This document shows, piece by piece, positions 39,033-51,374 of a stretch of 64,000 nucleotides of DNA. Origin of the DNA: an uncultured Gemmatimonadales bacterium (GTDB lineage: Bacteria; Gemmatimonadota; Gemmatimonadetes; Gemmatimonadales; Gemmatimonadaceae); the NCBI GenBank assembly GCA_963707505.1, contig CAVPQB010000003.1:704001-768000 (forward strand), in the 5' to 3' direction. Positions within the stretch are counted from its first letter, which is position 1. The number at the start of each line of letters is the position of its first letter. The notes under the pieces are model-generated. The model saw nothing but the letters and a program-made list of their open reading frames with translations. It made no database searches and had not been told where the DNA came from. The position numbers and the translations under genes are program-made.

Positions 39033-39776
39033 ATGGCTGGACATAGTAAATGGAAGCAAATCAAGCATTACAAGGCCGCGACCGACGCGAAGCGCGGCGC
39101 GCACTTTACCAAGCTGATCCGTGAGATCACCATGGCCGCCAAGCTTGGCGGCGGTGATCCAGCTGGCAACCCGCGACTCCGCACTGCCATCGACACCGCG
39201 AAAGCGGCCTCGATGCCCAAGGAGAACATCGAGCGCGCAGTAAAGAAGGGAACGGGCGAGCTCGAAGGTGTCGAGTATCAGGACGTCACTTACGAGGGCT
39301 ATGGGCCCGGCGGCGTCGCTCTCATGATCTTCACCGTCACCGACAATCCGACCCGCACCGTGGCCGATGTTCGCCACAAGCTGTCGCATGGCGGTGGGAA
39401 CCTCGGCGCAGCGAACTCCGTGTCGTTCATGTTCGATCGCAAGGGCCAGATCTACGTCGATGCCACGAAATACGACGAGGACACGATGATGGAAAAGGCA
39501 CTCGACGCGGGCGCAGAGGATTTCGCGCGTGAGGACGAACAGTACGTCGTCACGACCGCGCCGAACTCGCTTCATGAAGTCCAGGGCGCGCTCGAGTCCA
39601 ACGGCGTGGAAATCGCCGAGGCCGAAGTATCGTATCTCCCGAAGACAACGGTCCACGTATCGGGAAGCGCTGCGACATCGCTTCTCAAGCTGCTCGAATC
39701 GCTCGAAGATCTCGACGACGTCCAGCGGGTCGTCGCCAACTTCGAGATGGACGCCGACGAAATGGCCACGGCGTAG
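39033..39776 (+). CDS. yebC: YebC/PmpR family protein
   Basis: MAGHSKW, NPRLR, YEGYGPGG, TDNP.RT, LEDLDDVQ.V..N. Confidence 0.96.
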   Translation: MAGHSKWKQIKHYKAATDAKRGAHFTKLIREITMAAKLGGGDPAGNPRLRTAIDTAKAASMPKENIERAVKKGTGELEGVEYQDVTYEGYGPGGVALMIFTVTDNPTRTVADVRHKLSHGGGNLGAANSVSFMFDRKGQIYVDATKYDEDTMMEKALDAGAEDFAREDEQYVVTTAPNSLHEVQGALESNGVEIAEAEVSYLPKTTVHVSGSAATSLLKLLESLEDLDDVQRVVANFEMDADEMATA

Positions 39777-40291
39777 TGCTCGTGCTCGGCATCGACCCCG
39801 GTACTGCCGTTACCGGCTACGGGGTCGTGCGCGGCGAGCGCCTTGGCGCTGCTTCGCTCATCGAGTGTGGCGTCATCCGCACCAGACCGCGCGAGCCGCT
39901 ACCAGTGCGCCTGCAGGAGATCTACGACGGTGTCAGCGAGCTCATCCGCACTCATCGACCAGACACGCTCGCAGTCGAAGACGTTTTCTACGCGCACAAC
40001 GTTCGCACGACCATCGTGCTTGGACACGCACGTGGGGTCATCCTGCTCGCCGGTCAGCAGGCGGGAATCGAGATCGTCGAATATCCGCCGGCGGAGATAA
40101 AGAAGGCCGTCGTCGGGAACGGTGCGGCCACCAAGACACAGGTGCAATTCATGCTCACACGATTGCTCCGTCTCAAGTCGGTGCCCACACCGTCGGACGC
40201 CGCAGATGGCGTCGCGGCGGCGCTGACCTGCGTGATGTCGTCCCGCGTCCCGACGATCGCGGCGCGCGCTCGTCCCGTGGGTCGCGTCTAG
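39776..40291 (+). CDS. ruvC: Crossover junction endodeoxyribonuclease RuvC
   Basis: LGIDPG, AVEDVF, LGHARG, KKAVVG.G.A.K.QV, DAADG. Confidence 0.96.
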   Translation: MLVLGIDPGTAVTGYGVVRGERLGAASLIECGVIRTRPREPLPVRLQEIYDGVSELIRTHRPDTLAVEDVFYAHNVRTTIVLGHARGVILLAGQQAGIEIVEYPPAEIKKAVVGNGAATKTQVQFMLTRLLRLKSVPTPSDAADGVAAALTCVMSSRVPTIAARARPVGRV

Positions 40292-40332
40292 CTCGCCCTG
40301 GACCAACACACTGAGCTCACGATGATATCACG

Positions 40333-40935
40333 ATGATCTCGCGCATACGCGGAACGCTCGAAGCCAAGGACCTGGATCGCGTGGAGATTGCGACGCCAGG
40401 CGGCGTCGGCTACATGCTGCAGATCCCCCTCTCGGTGTATGAAACACTTCCCTCGATCGGCGAGCCGGTCTCGCTCTACACGTCGCTGATCGTCAAGGAG
40501 GATGGGTGGCAACTCTTCGGATTCGCGTCGCAGCTGGAACGGCGCCTGTTCGATCTGGTGCGTACTGCGAACGGCGTCGGACCCGCACTAGCACTCAGCC
40601 TTCTTTCATCGCTCACGGCGACCCGGCTCGTTCGAGCCATTGTCGAGAAGGATACTGCAACTCTGCAGAGCGTCCCGCGAGTTGGAAAGAAGAAAGCCGA
40701 GCAGATGATCCTCGATCTCGCCACCAAGATGCGCGACGTCGATGTCACAGAGACATCCGGCGGCGTGCCCGCTCCCGGCGCTGCTGCGGAAGATGCGATC
40801 CGGGCGCTCGTGTCGCTTGGATATTCACTCGCTGACGCGGAGCGCGCCGTCCGCGCGACTCTCGATGCCAGTACCAGTCCGCTTGCTGCTACCGATCTCA
40901 TTCGTAACGCCCTGGCCCGCATCGCTGCACGCTAG
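40333..40935 (+). CDS. ruvA: Holliday junction branch migration protein RuvA
   Basis: GGVGY, LFGF, GVGP.LAL, VGKK.A, AL.SLGY. Confidence 0.96.
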   Translation: MISRIRGTLEAKDLDRVEIATPGGVGYMLQIPLSVYETLPSIGEPVSLYTSLIVKEDGWQLFGFASQLERRLFDLVRTANGVGPALALSLLSSLTATRLVRAIVEKDTATLQSVPRVGKKKAEQMILDLATKMRDVDVTETSGGVPAPGAAAEDAIRALVSLGYSLADAERAVRATLDASTSPLAATDLIRNALARIAAR

Positions 40936-40974
40936 CGACTCGCGACAAACCATTCATCGCACGACGCGACAGTC

Positions 40975-42147
40975 GTGACTCGGCAACCCATGACAAAGAC
41001 AGCACGCCGGACGAGTACTTTCAACGAGTCGGTTATCCGGGAGATGACGCGAATCGCGCATCGCACCGGCGCGGTGAATCTCGCGCAGGGCTTCCCCGAT
41101 TTCCCGATGCCGGCGCCCATGAAGGAGGCAGCGTGCGCGGCGATCCTGGGTGACATCAACCAGTACGCGATAACGTGGGGTGCGCCCGCGCTACGCATCG
41201 CGATCGCGGAGAAGTATCGCCGCTGGTACGAGATGCCGGTCGATCCGGATACGGAGATAACGGTCACGTGTGGCGCCACCGAAGCAATGGCCGCGACCTT
41301 CATGGCGCTCATCGATCCGGGCGACGAGGTGATCATACTCGAGCCATTCTATGAGAATTACGGTCCCGACGCAGAGCTCGCCGGCGCGAAGCCGATCTTC
41401 GTTCCGCTCGTCGCGCCGAACTGGGATCTGGATCTCGAACGGCTGGCCGCGTCGATCACTCAACGTACGCGTGCGATCGTACTCAATACGCCGCACAATC
41501 CCACTGGAAAGGTGTTTTCGCGAGCGGAGATCTCCGCGATCGCCGAGCTTGCGCAGCGACACAATCTTCTCGTGTTCACGGACGAGATCTACGAGCATCT
41601 CGTCTACGCAGGGCACCACCACCCCATCGCTACGTGGCCTGGAATGCGCGAGCGAACGGTCACGATATCGGGACTGTCGAAGACGTTCTCGTGCACCGGC
41701 TGGCGACTCGGTTATGCAATTGCGCCGCGCGAGCTGACGAATGCGATCCGCAAGGTTCACGATTTTCTCACCGTTGGAGCGTCGGCGCCGCTGCAGGCAG
41801 CGGGCGCAGTTGGGATGGCATTCGATGCGGATTACTACAATCATCTGCAGCGCGCGTACAAGCAGCGTCGCGACGTGATGATGACCGCGCTCCTGAAGGC
41901 CGGATTCTCCTGCGGAGTTCCGGAGGGAGCGTATTACGTGCTCGCCGATTTCAGCGCGATCGATTCACGCCGCAACGATCGCGATTTTGCTGTATGGCTG
42001 GCGGAAACGATCGGAGTTGCGACTGTCCCGGGGACGAGCTTCTACGGCGATCCAGGTCGCGGAACAACAGCCGTCCGTTTTGCGTTCTGCAAGACCTTCG
42101 AGACACTCGGCCGTGCAGCGGAACGGCTGGACCAGCTCAGCCGTTGA
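40975..42147 (+). CDS. PLP-dependent aminotransferase class I/II (YbdL/kynurenine aminotransferase-like)
   Basis: NLAQGFPDF, NQY, GATEA, NTPHNPTG, DEIYE, SKTFSCTGWRLG, RFAFCK. Confidence 0.92.
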   Translation: MTRQPMTKTARRTSTFNESVIREMTRIAHRTGAVNLAQGFPDFPMPAPMKEAACAAILGDINQYAITWGAPALRIAIAEKYRRWYEMPVDPDTEITVTCGATEAMAATFMALIDPGDEVIILEPFYENYGPDAELAGAKPIFVPLVAPNWDLDLERLAASITQRTRAIVLNTPHNPTGKVFSRAEISAIAELAQRHNLLVFTDEIYEHLVYAGHHHPIATWPGMRERTVTISGLSKTFSCTGWRLGYAIAPRELTNAIRKVHDFLTVGASAPLQAAGAVGMAFDADYYNHLQRAYKQRRDVMMTALLKAGFSCGVPEGAYYVLADFSAIDSRRNDRDFAVWLAETIGVATVPGTSFYGDPGRGTTAVRFAFCKTFETLGRAAERLDQLSR

Positions 42148-42177
42148 CACGCGCGGATCGGTTCGGGCCGGCAATTA

Positions 42178-42222
42178 GTTGACTCAGTCAACCTTGTTTT
42201 CGGTATATCTTCGGGGTATTTT
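42178..42222 (+). promoter_or_regulatory. Candidate ruvB promoter with an upstream palindrome
   Basis: TTGTTT(42194)-N17-TATTTT(42217), 6 nt before ATG 42229; GTTGACT-C-AGTCAAC at 42178-42192. Confidence 0.5.
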
Positions 42223-42228
42223 TGAGCT

Positions 42229-43284
42229 ATGCCGGAAGTAGCTTTGGACACCCAATCCATGTCTCGCGCCGAGATCACCACCCCGGAAGTCATCGCCGAC
42301 GAATCGGTGGTGGAGCTTTCGCTCCGACCGCAGAAGCTTGCCGAGTTCATCGGGCAGCCCAAGGTCAAGGAGTCACTCCGCATCTACATCGATGCGGCGC
42401 TCGCGCGGCGCGAGCCATTGGATCACACTTTGTTCTTCGGACCGCCCGGACTGGGAAAGACCACACTCGCCGAGCTCATCGCGCGCGAGCTCGGCGTGAA
42501 CATCCACTCGACGTCGGGACCAGCGCTGGAAAAACCCGGAGATCTCGTGGGTACGCTCACCAACATGCGAGCCGGCGACATCCTCTTCATCGATGAGATT
42601 CATCGCCTGCGTCCGGTGATCGAGGAGTTTCTGTATCCCGCGATGGAAGACTACAGGATCGACATCAGGTTGTCGGAAGGCCCGAAGGCGCAGACCATCA
42701 CGATGCCGATCGAGCGTTTCACGCTCATTGGTGCGACCACGCGGCTCGGCATGCTCACAGCGCCGCTCCGCGCTCGATTCGGCATCGAGCAGCGACTCAA
42801 CTACTACCCGGTCGAGGCGCTCGAGCTCATAGTTCGCCGTACCGCCGAGGTGCTCAAGACAGAAATCGACGCGAGCGGCACCCACGAGATCGCGCGCCGT
42901 TCACGCGGAACACCACGCGTCGCGAATCGGCTGCTGCGCAGGGTGCGCGACTACGCACAGGTGCGTGCCGACGGTATCATCACGCTGCCAGTCGCCGATG
43001 AAGCGCTGCAGATGCTCGACGTCGATCAGTTCGGACTGGACGACATGGACTCGCGCATTCTCAAGACCATCATCGAGAAATTCGATGGTGGGCCGGTCGG
43101 CATAACGACCATCGCGGCCGCCGTCGGCGAGGATGCTGGAACGATCGAGGAAGTGTACGAGCCGTTCCTCGTACAGAACGGATTTCTGCAGCGCACGCCG
43201 CGCGGACGAGTCGCGACACCGCAGGCGTACCGACACTTCGGTTACACGCCGCCAGCGCAGGCGCAGCAAACCAGCTTGCTCTGA
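42229..43284 (+). CDS. ruvB: Holliday junction branch migration helicase RuvB
   Basis: [44 protein letters not shown]. Confidence 0.97.
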   Translation: MPEVALDTQSMSRAEITTPEVIADESVVELSLRPQKLAEFIGQPKVKESLRIYIDAALARREPLDHTLFFGPPGLGKTTLAELIARELGVNIHSTSGPALEKPGDLVGTLTNMRAGDILFIDEIHRLRPVIEEFLYPAMEDYRIDIRLSEGPKAQTITMPIERFTLIGATTRLGMLTAPLRARFGIEQRLNYYPVEALELIVRRTAEVLKTEIDASGTHEIARRSRGTPRVANRLLRRVRDYAQVRADGIITLPVADEALQMLDVDQFGLDDMDSRILKTIIEKFDGGPVGITTIAAAVGEDAGTIEEVYEPFLVQNGFLQRTPRGRVATPQAYRHFGYTPPAQAQQTSLL

Positions 43285-43300
43285 TATCGGGCCATGCACG

Positions 43301-43336
43301 CAAAGAGGCTCCGAGGAATTCCTCGGAGCCTCTTTG
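43301..43336. terminator. Perfect 36-bp palindrome, probable intrinsic terminator
   Basis: CAAAGAGGCTCCGAGGAA|TTCCTCGGAGCCTCTTTG, 17 nt after the ruvB stop. Confidence 0.75.
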
Positions 43337-43461
43337 TCGCAGTGTTGGCACTGCTACAGGTCATCGCCAATGGCCTTGCGGATATATGACCATTCCCAAT
43401 TTTCGTCAATCAGCCAGCCCGTGCCAGGGACAGGATTATCATTATCCTGCACAAGACTCCC

Positions 43462-45961
<2,500 letters not shown>

Positions 45962-45967
45962 CGAGCG

Positions 45968-46579
45968 GTGGCGGTACTCGATATTCGCGTGCTCGGAGAC
46001 CCGATCCTGCGCGAGCGCACCGATCGTCTTCGAGCTGTTACCGATGACGTTCGTGCGCTCGTAGCAGACATGTTCGACACGATGCACGCCGCCGAGGGGA
46101 TTGGTCTCGCCGCGCCGCAGGTCGGCCGCAAGGAGCGCGTCTTCGTGATGGATGTCGATGACGATCCCATGGCGATGGTGAATCCCGAGATCATCGAGCG
46201 CGAAGGCTCGGAGCGTGCAGAAGAGGGCTGCCTCTCCATCCCGGAGATCTTTGGCGACGTGGATCGCGCGACGCGGATTGTCGTGCGAGCCCTCGACGCC
46301 GATGGCAAGCCATTCGAGGTCGAGCTCACGGATCTCGCCGCCCGGTGCGTGCAACACGAGCTGGACCACCTCGACGGCAAGCTCTTCATCGACTACATGA
46401 GCCTGATCAAACGGAAGTTCACCGCGCGAAAGTGGGAGAAGGAAGCGGCCAACTATCCGGGTTTCGTCCGCAAGCTCGAGCCCGGGAAGGCGCGTTCGCG
46501 AAAGTCTCGCTCGCGCAGCAAATCGACGGATGCTGCATCGACGGATGCTGCCGCGCCGCCATTCGAGCCGGAGCTCTGA
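45968..46579 (+). CDS. def: Peptide deformylase
   Basis: GIGLAAPQ, EGCLS, QHELDH. Confidence 0.97.
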   Translation: MAVLDIRVLGDPILRERTDRLRAVTDDVRALVADMFDTMHAAEGIGLAAPQVGRKERVFVMDVDDDPMAMVNPEIIEREGSERAEEGCLSIPEIFGDVDRATRIVVRALDADGKPFEVELTDLAARCVQHELDHLDGKLFIDYMSLIKRKFTARKWEKEAANYPGFVRKLEPGKARSRKSRSRSKSTDAASTDAAAPPFEPEL

Positions 46580-46586
46580 CTTTCCC

Positions 46587-47513
46587 ATGCGCGTAATGTT
46601 CTGGGGCACACCCGATTTCGCCGCACCCGCACTACGTGCGCTCGTCGGCGAGGGATTCGAGGTTTGCGCCGTCGTTACTCGTCCGGACAGACCGGTGGGA
46701 CGTGATCGTGTGCTCACGCAGCCCGCGGTCAAGCAGATAGCCCTCGAAGAGTCGCTCCCCGTCTTCCAACCCGAGTCACCGCGGGAGGAAGACTTCCATG
46801 AGCTCATCGAGGCGGTCGCCCCGGATCTCTCCGTCGTCGTCGCCTATGGCCACATCCTGCCACGCGCCATTATCGAGGTCCCCAGACACGGGACGCTCAA
46901 CATTCACGCATCACTACTGCCAGCCCTTCGCGGCGCGTCTCCAATTCAGGGCGCGATCCGGCAGGGACTGACCGAGACTGGCATCACCATCATGCGGATG
47001 GTACCCGCACTCGATGCGGGACCGATCATCCTCCAGTCCCGCACGCCCATCGCCGATGACGAGACCTACGGCGAGCTCCAGGGCCGCCTGTCCGAGCTCG
47101 GCGCGCTCGCCCTGATCGAGGCACTCACCCTCATCGAGCTGGGCCACACGACCGAGCGTTTACAGGATGATTCCGTCGCGACCTACGCGGCCAAGGTAGA
47201 TCGAGATACTACTCGCATCGACTGGTCCCTCAGCGAGCACCAGGTCGCCAACGTGATCCGCGCCTACGACCCCAAGCCCGGCGCCTGGACTACCCACCGC
47301 GGTGCGGATATCAAGCTTTTCGGCGCAAAACGCATTTTCGACATGTCCGGGACTCCTGGAGAGGTACTCGACGCTGATGTGGATGGCCTCGTCGTTGCAT
47401 GCGGCGACGGCGCGGTCCGGCTCTGTGATGTCCAGCCAGCCGGCAAGCGCCGCATGCAGGCGATCGCCTGGCACCGCGGTCGTGGGATCTCGATCGGCGA
47501 TACGCTCGGCTAA
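46587..47513 (+). CDS. fmt: Methionyl-tRNA formyltransferase
   Basis: GTPDFA, VVAYG, NIHASLLP..RGASP, LDAGP, QPAGKR. Confidence 0.97.
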   Translation: MRVMFWGTPDFAAPALRALVGEGFEVCAVVTRPDRPVGRDRVLTQPAVKQIALEESLPVFQPESPREEDFHELIEAVAPDLSVVVAYGHILPRAIIEVPRHGTLNIHASLLPALRGASPIQGAIRQGLTETGITIMRMVPALDAGPIILQSRTPIADDETYGELQGRLSELGALALIEALTLIELGHTTERLQDDSVATYAAKVDRDTTRIDWSLSEHQVANVIRAYDPKPGAWTTHRGADIKLFGAKRIFDMSGTPGEVLDADVDGLVVACGDGAVRLCDVQPAGKRRMQAIAWHRGRGISIGDTLG

Positions 47514-47866
47514 CCACCCACGCCCACCGGAGTCAGCAGCGCCGAAGTGAGGCTAATGACCGACTCTGAAATGTGTCGCGCCAGCTCAACGGGTGTTGGA
47601 CGCAAGCGTCACTGAACAGACCCGGCAGCACAACTAAAAACGGTCACAACAGGCATGGGTCGACACCTTCATCGGCTCAAATCTCAGGCGGAAAACCCGG
47701 TTCCCTGGGTTCACAATGCCGGCTCCCCGCAGGCAGATCACCGGAAAATCGAGGTCTACGCCCGGGAGATGAGCCTGATTGCCAGCTCGGCCAACGCTCG
47801 AGGATGCAAAGTCGGGCAGTAATGGATATTTGTTCTGCATGAACGAATGTTCACTATATATTCGCC

Positions 47867-47883
47867 CCGGCACGACACTCGCT
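47867..47883 (+). promoter_or_regulatory. Possible sigma54 (-24/-12) promoter
   Basis: CCGGCACGACACTCGCT: GG-N10-GC spacing with a GGCACG core. Confidence 0.4.
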
Positions 47884-48108
47884 TAAACTCTCACAAATTT
47901 GAGAAACGATTCGCAGATGTCAGTTATTGTTGAGAACCGGACTAATCTGCGCAATCGTGAGTCAATAAACTTTCGTAACCCTCGGATCAAGTGACACGCC
48001 TTAGATCGTGCACTTCGCGGGGGGCAGTTGGCATTTACGGCGCCCGCTCGTTTGGAGAGGCCGTTCTTGGCAGCGCCCTGCGCGACGTTCCTTTTGCCAG
48101 TGTAAATA

Positions 48109-49578
48109 ATGAGCACGAATCCCGGAATCATCGGGGACGGGCAGTTGCCGGGATATTCCCGAGTCCGTCCGACGATGCGAAGCCACAACCCTGTCGCCGT
48201 CAACAACCGGGATGTTGAAAGCGTGAGCTCTGAGATTAGGGAAACCTCCTCTGGCAGCGCCATGCGCAGCTCGTCGATCACGCCGACGCGGATCATTGCC
48301 GCCGAAGTCTGCGCAGATGTTCGGGCCGGACAGCTGCTGGATCCGTCGTTCGAGCGGCACACCACCCAGATCGATTCCCGCGACCGGAGATGGACGCAGG
48401 AACTGCTTTACGGGATGATGCGCAAGCGTGCCTTCCTCGACTCGGTCCTCTCTGATCGTGTCCGCGGTGGGCTCGTGCGGCTCGATCCGGACCTCATCGA
48501 CCTGCTCAGGCTCGGCTCCTATCAGCTGCTCTGCATGGGATCGGTCCCCGCCTACGCCGCGATCGCTCAGACAGTGGAACTCACCAAGACGCGCCACGGA
48601 ATCGGGGCCAGCAAGCTCGCGAACGCCGTCTTGCGGCGAACCGACCGGGAGCGCGCCAACCTCGGCGTCGCGACCCCGCCAGATCCTATCGATGCACTCG
48701 CGCTCGCCAATTCGCACCCTCGCTGGCTGGTCGCCCGGTGGGTGGCACGGTGGGGCGCCGAGGAGACGGCCGCACTCCTGGCGGCAAACAACACCGAGGC
48801 TCCGGTAGTGCTCAGACCGTTCAATACGAGCCGTGCTGAGTTGGCCGAGATGCTTGTGGCGGCGGGAGTACCGGCGCACGGAGCCCCGCTAGTCGCCGAC
48901 TCCATCGAATTGGGGCACGGCGTTTCGCTTACCGAGCTCGATGCGTTCACACGCGGGCTGTTCTTCGTGCAGGATCCGGCAGCGACACTTGTCGTTCAGT
49001 ACGCGGGCATCGCGCCCGGCTCCCGAGTCGCGGATCTGTGCGCGGCACCGGGCGGCAAGACGTTCGAGATGGCCCGCGATGCAGAGGTTGTCTTTGCGGC
49101 CGATCGGTCGGCCGCACGCATGCAACGCGTCATTTCGACGGCGCTTCGGCTCAATTCGAAGAATGTCGTGTCGCTCGTGGACGACGCTCGACATCCGGCC
49201 CTGCGCGACATGGATGCAGTGCTGGTCGATGTGCCCTGCACGGGCACGGGCACCTTCCGGCGCCATCCTGACGCTCGCTGGCGCCTCAAGGCCTCGGATC
49301 TCGCCGTGATGCCGGCGATCCAGCGGTCCATCGTCCGGGCCGCCGCCGAAGCAGTGAAGCCGGGCGGACTGCTGATCTACAGCACATGCTCGCTCGAACC
49401 GGAGGAGAACGACGTCCAGGTGGAGACGTTCCTCGACGACCACCCCGAATTCACGCTCGAGCCGCCGCCTGATGGCGTGGTACCTGCTTCCACCCTCGAT
49501 GCGGGACGCCTTCGCGTCCTACCGCACAGGCATGGAACCGACGGCGCCTTCGCCGCAAGACTTCGGAGATCTGAATAG
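48109..49578 (+). CDS. rsmB: 16S rRNA m5C967 methyltransferase RsmB (true start may be ATG 48262)
   Basis: NusB-like N-domain, SHPRW, VQD, DLCAAPGGK, DVPCTGTG..RRHPD, YSTCS..EEN, DGAF. Confidence 0.95.
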   Translation: MSTNPGIIGDGQLPGYSRVRPTMRSHNPVAVNNRDVESVSSEIRETSSGSAMRSSSITPTRIIAAEVCADVRAGQLLDPSFERHTTQIDSRDRRWTQELLYGMMRKRAFLDSVLSDRVRGGLVRLDPDLIDLLRLGSYQLLCMGSVPAYAAIAQTVELTKTRHGIGASKLANAVLRRTDRERANLGVATPPDPIDALALANSHPRWLVARWVARWGAEETAALLAANNTEAPVVLRPFNTSRAELAEMLVAAGVPAHGAPLVADSIELGHGVSLTELDAFTRGLFFVQDPAATLVVQYAGIAPGSRVADLCAAPGGKTFEMARDAEVVFAADRSAARMQRVISTALRLNSKNVVSLVDDARHPALRDMDAVLVDVPCTGTGTFRRHPDARWRLKASDLAVMPAIQRSIVRAAAEAVKPGGLLIYSTCSLEPEENDVQVETFLDDHPEFTLEPPPDGVVPASTLDAGRLRVLPHRHGTDGAFAARLRRSE

Positions 49579-50115
49579 GTGAATTTTCGCGCGCTCCTGC
49601 GGCGTGCGTTTCCTTACATAGTGATCGGCATCGGCGGCTTCGCGCTTGCTTACGTCGTGATCTTGATCTTCGTTCTTCCGACGAAGATCGTTCCATCAGC
49701 GCCGCAGCCTTCCGCTCCCGCGTCGTCGCCGGCACTTCAGCCTATCGACACTGGAGTCGCTCAGCCCCCGCCGATGCCGGCAGAGCCTCCGCCGGTTACC
49801 GCTCGAATCATTCAGCCGCCACGGGACACGACGCCCGTCATCACCCCTGATCTGGTGGGCATGTCACTCCCGGATGCGCGCGGCGTCCTGAACAACCTGC
49901 GTCTCAGAACCGTCGTCACCCGCGATACCAGCTCGTTCCAGCCGCCAAATACCGTGATTCGGCAGGATCCAGCCGCAAATTCGTCCATCAGAGCTGGTGA
50001 ATCCGTCACTCTCACTGTCTCGTACTTTCCTCCGGACAGCACCTCCAATACAATCCGGGTACCGCGCACGAGCGCGCCACCGAATATCCGGCCAGTCGCA
50101 GATTCGCTCCACTAG
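49579..50115 (+). CDS. PASTA domain membrane-anchored protein
   Basis: N-terminal TM, Pro-rich linker, PDLVGMS..A..L..VIRQDP.A..V.LTVS. Confidence 0.85.
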   Translation: MNFRALLRRAFPYIVIGIGGFALAYVVILIFVLPTKIVPSAPQPSAPASSPALQPIDTGVAQPPPMPAEPPPVTARIIQPPRDTTPVITPDLVGMSLPDARGVLNNLRLRTVVTRDTSSFQPPNTVIRQDPAANSSIRAGESVTLTVSYFPPDSTSNTIRVPRTSAPPNIRPVADSLH

Positions 50116-50142
50116 CCGGACACGACCCATCCAAAGCACGTC

Positions 50143-50817
50143 ATGACAGTGAAACCAATTCGCATCGCCCCCTCGATACTGAGCGCGGACTTCGCATGCC
50201 TTCGCGACGAGATCGACATGTGTACGCAAGGCGGCGCTGACTGGATTCACGTCGATGTGATGGATGGGCAGTTCGTTCCGAATCTGACGTTCGGTACCAA
50301 GGTGATCGATGCGGTGAGACGTTGCACGGAGCTCCCCATCGACGTTCATCTGATGGTGATCCATCCGGAATCGTACTTCGAGGATTTCGCACGCGCCGGC
50401 GCAACGGGACTGACGATCCACGCCGAGGCCACCGTACACCTCCAGCGTCACCTGTCCCACATCAGGTCGCTTGGCTGTCGAGCGGGGGTCGCGATCAATC
50501 CCGCGACTTCGCTCGACTCCGTGCGCGAAGTCACGGACGACATCGATCTCCTGCTCGTGATGACGGTCAATCCGGGATTCGGAGGGCAGGCGTTCATTCC
50601 GGCGTCGATCGACAAGATCCGTCGCGCGCGGCGTCTGCTCGACGAGTCACGCTCCGATGCGGACCTGGAAGTCGATGGCGGTGTCGCGCGCGACACGATT
50701 CTGCAATGCCGTCGTGCCGGCGCCGACACGTTCGTCGCTGGCAATGCGATCTTCTCGGCGTCCAGACCATCTGCAGAAATTGGCGAGCTGAAGGCCGCCG
50801 CGACGGAGCTGGCATGA
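50143..50817 (+). CDS. rpe: Ribulose-phosphate 3-epimerase
   Basis: APSILSADF, HVDVMDG.FVPN, DVHLM, MTVNPGFGGQ, VDGG. Confidence 0.97.
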   Translation: MTVKPIRIAPSILSADFACLRDEIDMCTQGGADWIHVDVMDGQFVPNLTFGTKVIDAVRRCTELPIDVHLMVIHPESYFEDFARAGATGLTIHAEATVHLQRHLSHIRSLGCRAGVAINPATSLDSVREVTDDIDLLLVMTVNPGFGGQAFIPASIDKIRRARRLLDESRSDADLEVDGGVARDTILQCRRAGADTFVAGNAIFSASRPSAEIGELKAAATELA

Positions 50818-51356
50818 CCGGCCGCGGACAGCTGGGCGTTGTTGCAATAGTGCTCGTTGCAGTAGCCGCAATCGGCTTCGCAGTTACACGCGTGCTCGGA
50901 ACAGAGCTCACGCCGCTTGGTGCCGGCACGAGAGCTCCTGACTTTCATGCGGTAACGCTCGACACTCCACCCAAACCGAAGTCTCTCGCAGATTACAAGG
51001 GACAGGTTGTTCTGGTCAATGTGTGGGCGACATGGTGCCAACCGTGCAGAGTCGAGATGCCGAGCATCGAGCGCCTGTACAAGACTTACGGGCCCAAGGG
51101 CTTGCGTGTCGTCGCGGTGAGCATCGACGATCCGGGTACCGAGCCAGCCATTCGCGCGTTCGTACGTGACATGGGAATGACATTCGACGTGCTGCACGAT
51201 CCTGCTGGCAAGATCGAGCACGCATACCAGGTGACCGGTTACCCGGAAACCGTGATCATCGGCAAGGACGGCGTCATTCGAAAGAAAGTTGCGATGGCCA
51301 TCGACTGGGACACAGAGGGAAACCGCCGTCTCATCGAACATCTGCTTGCGGAATGA
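50814..51356 (+). CDS. TlpA/ResA family thiol-disulfide oxidoreductase
   Basis: N-terminal TM; NVWATWCQPC..EMP; YPET. Confidence 0.92.
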   Translation: MTGRGQLGVVAIVLVAVAAIGFAVTRVLGTELTPLGAGTRAPDFHAVTLDTPPKPKSLADYKGQVVLVNVWATWCQPCRVEMPSIERLYKTYGPKGLRVVAVSIDDPGTEPAIRAFVRDMGMTFDVLHDPAGKIEHAYQVTGYPETVIIGKDGVIRKKVAMAIDWDTEGNRRLIEHLLAE

Positions 51357-51374
51357 CATGAGCATGACGCTGTC

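Noticed and set aside
43410..43430. TGGCACG on the minus strand as a sigma54 promoter
   Set aside because: GG-to-GC spacing is 9 nt, not the required 10
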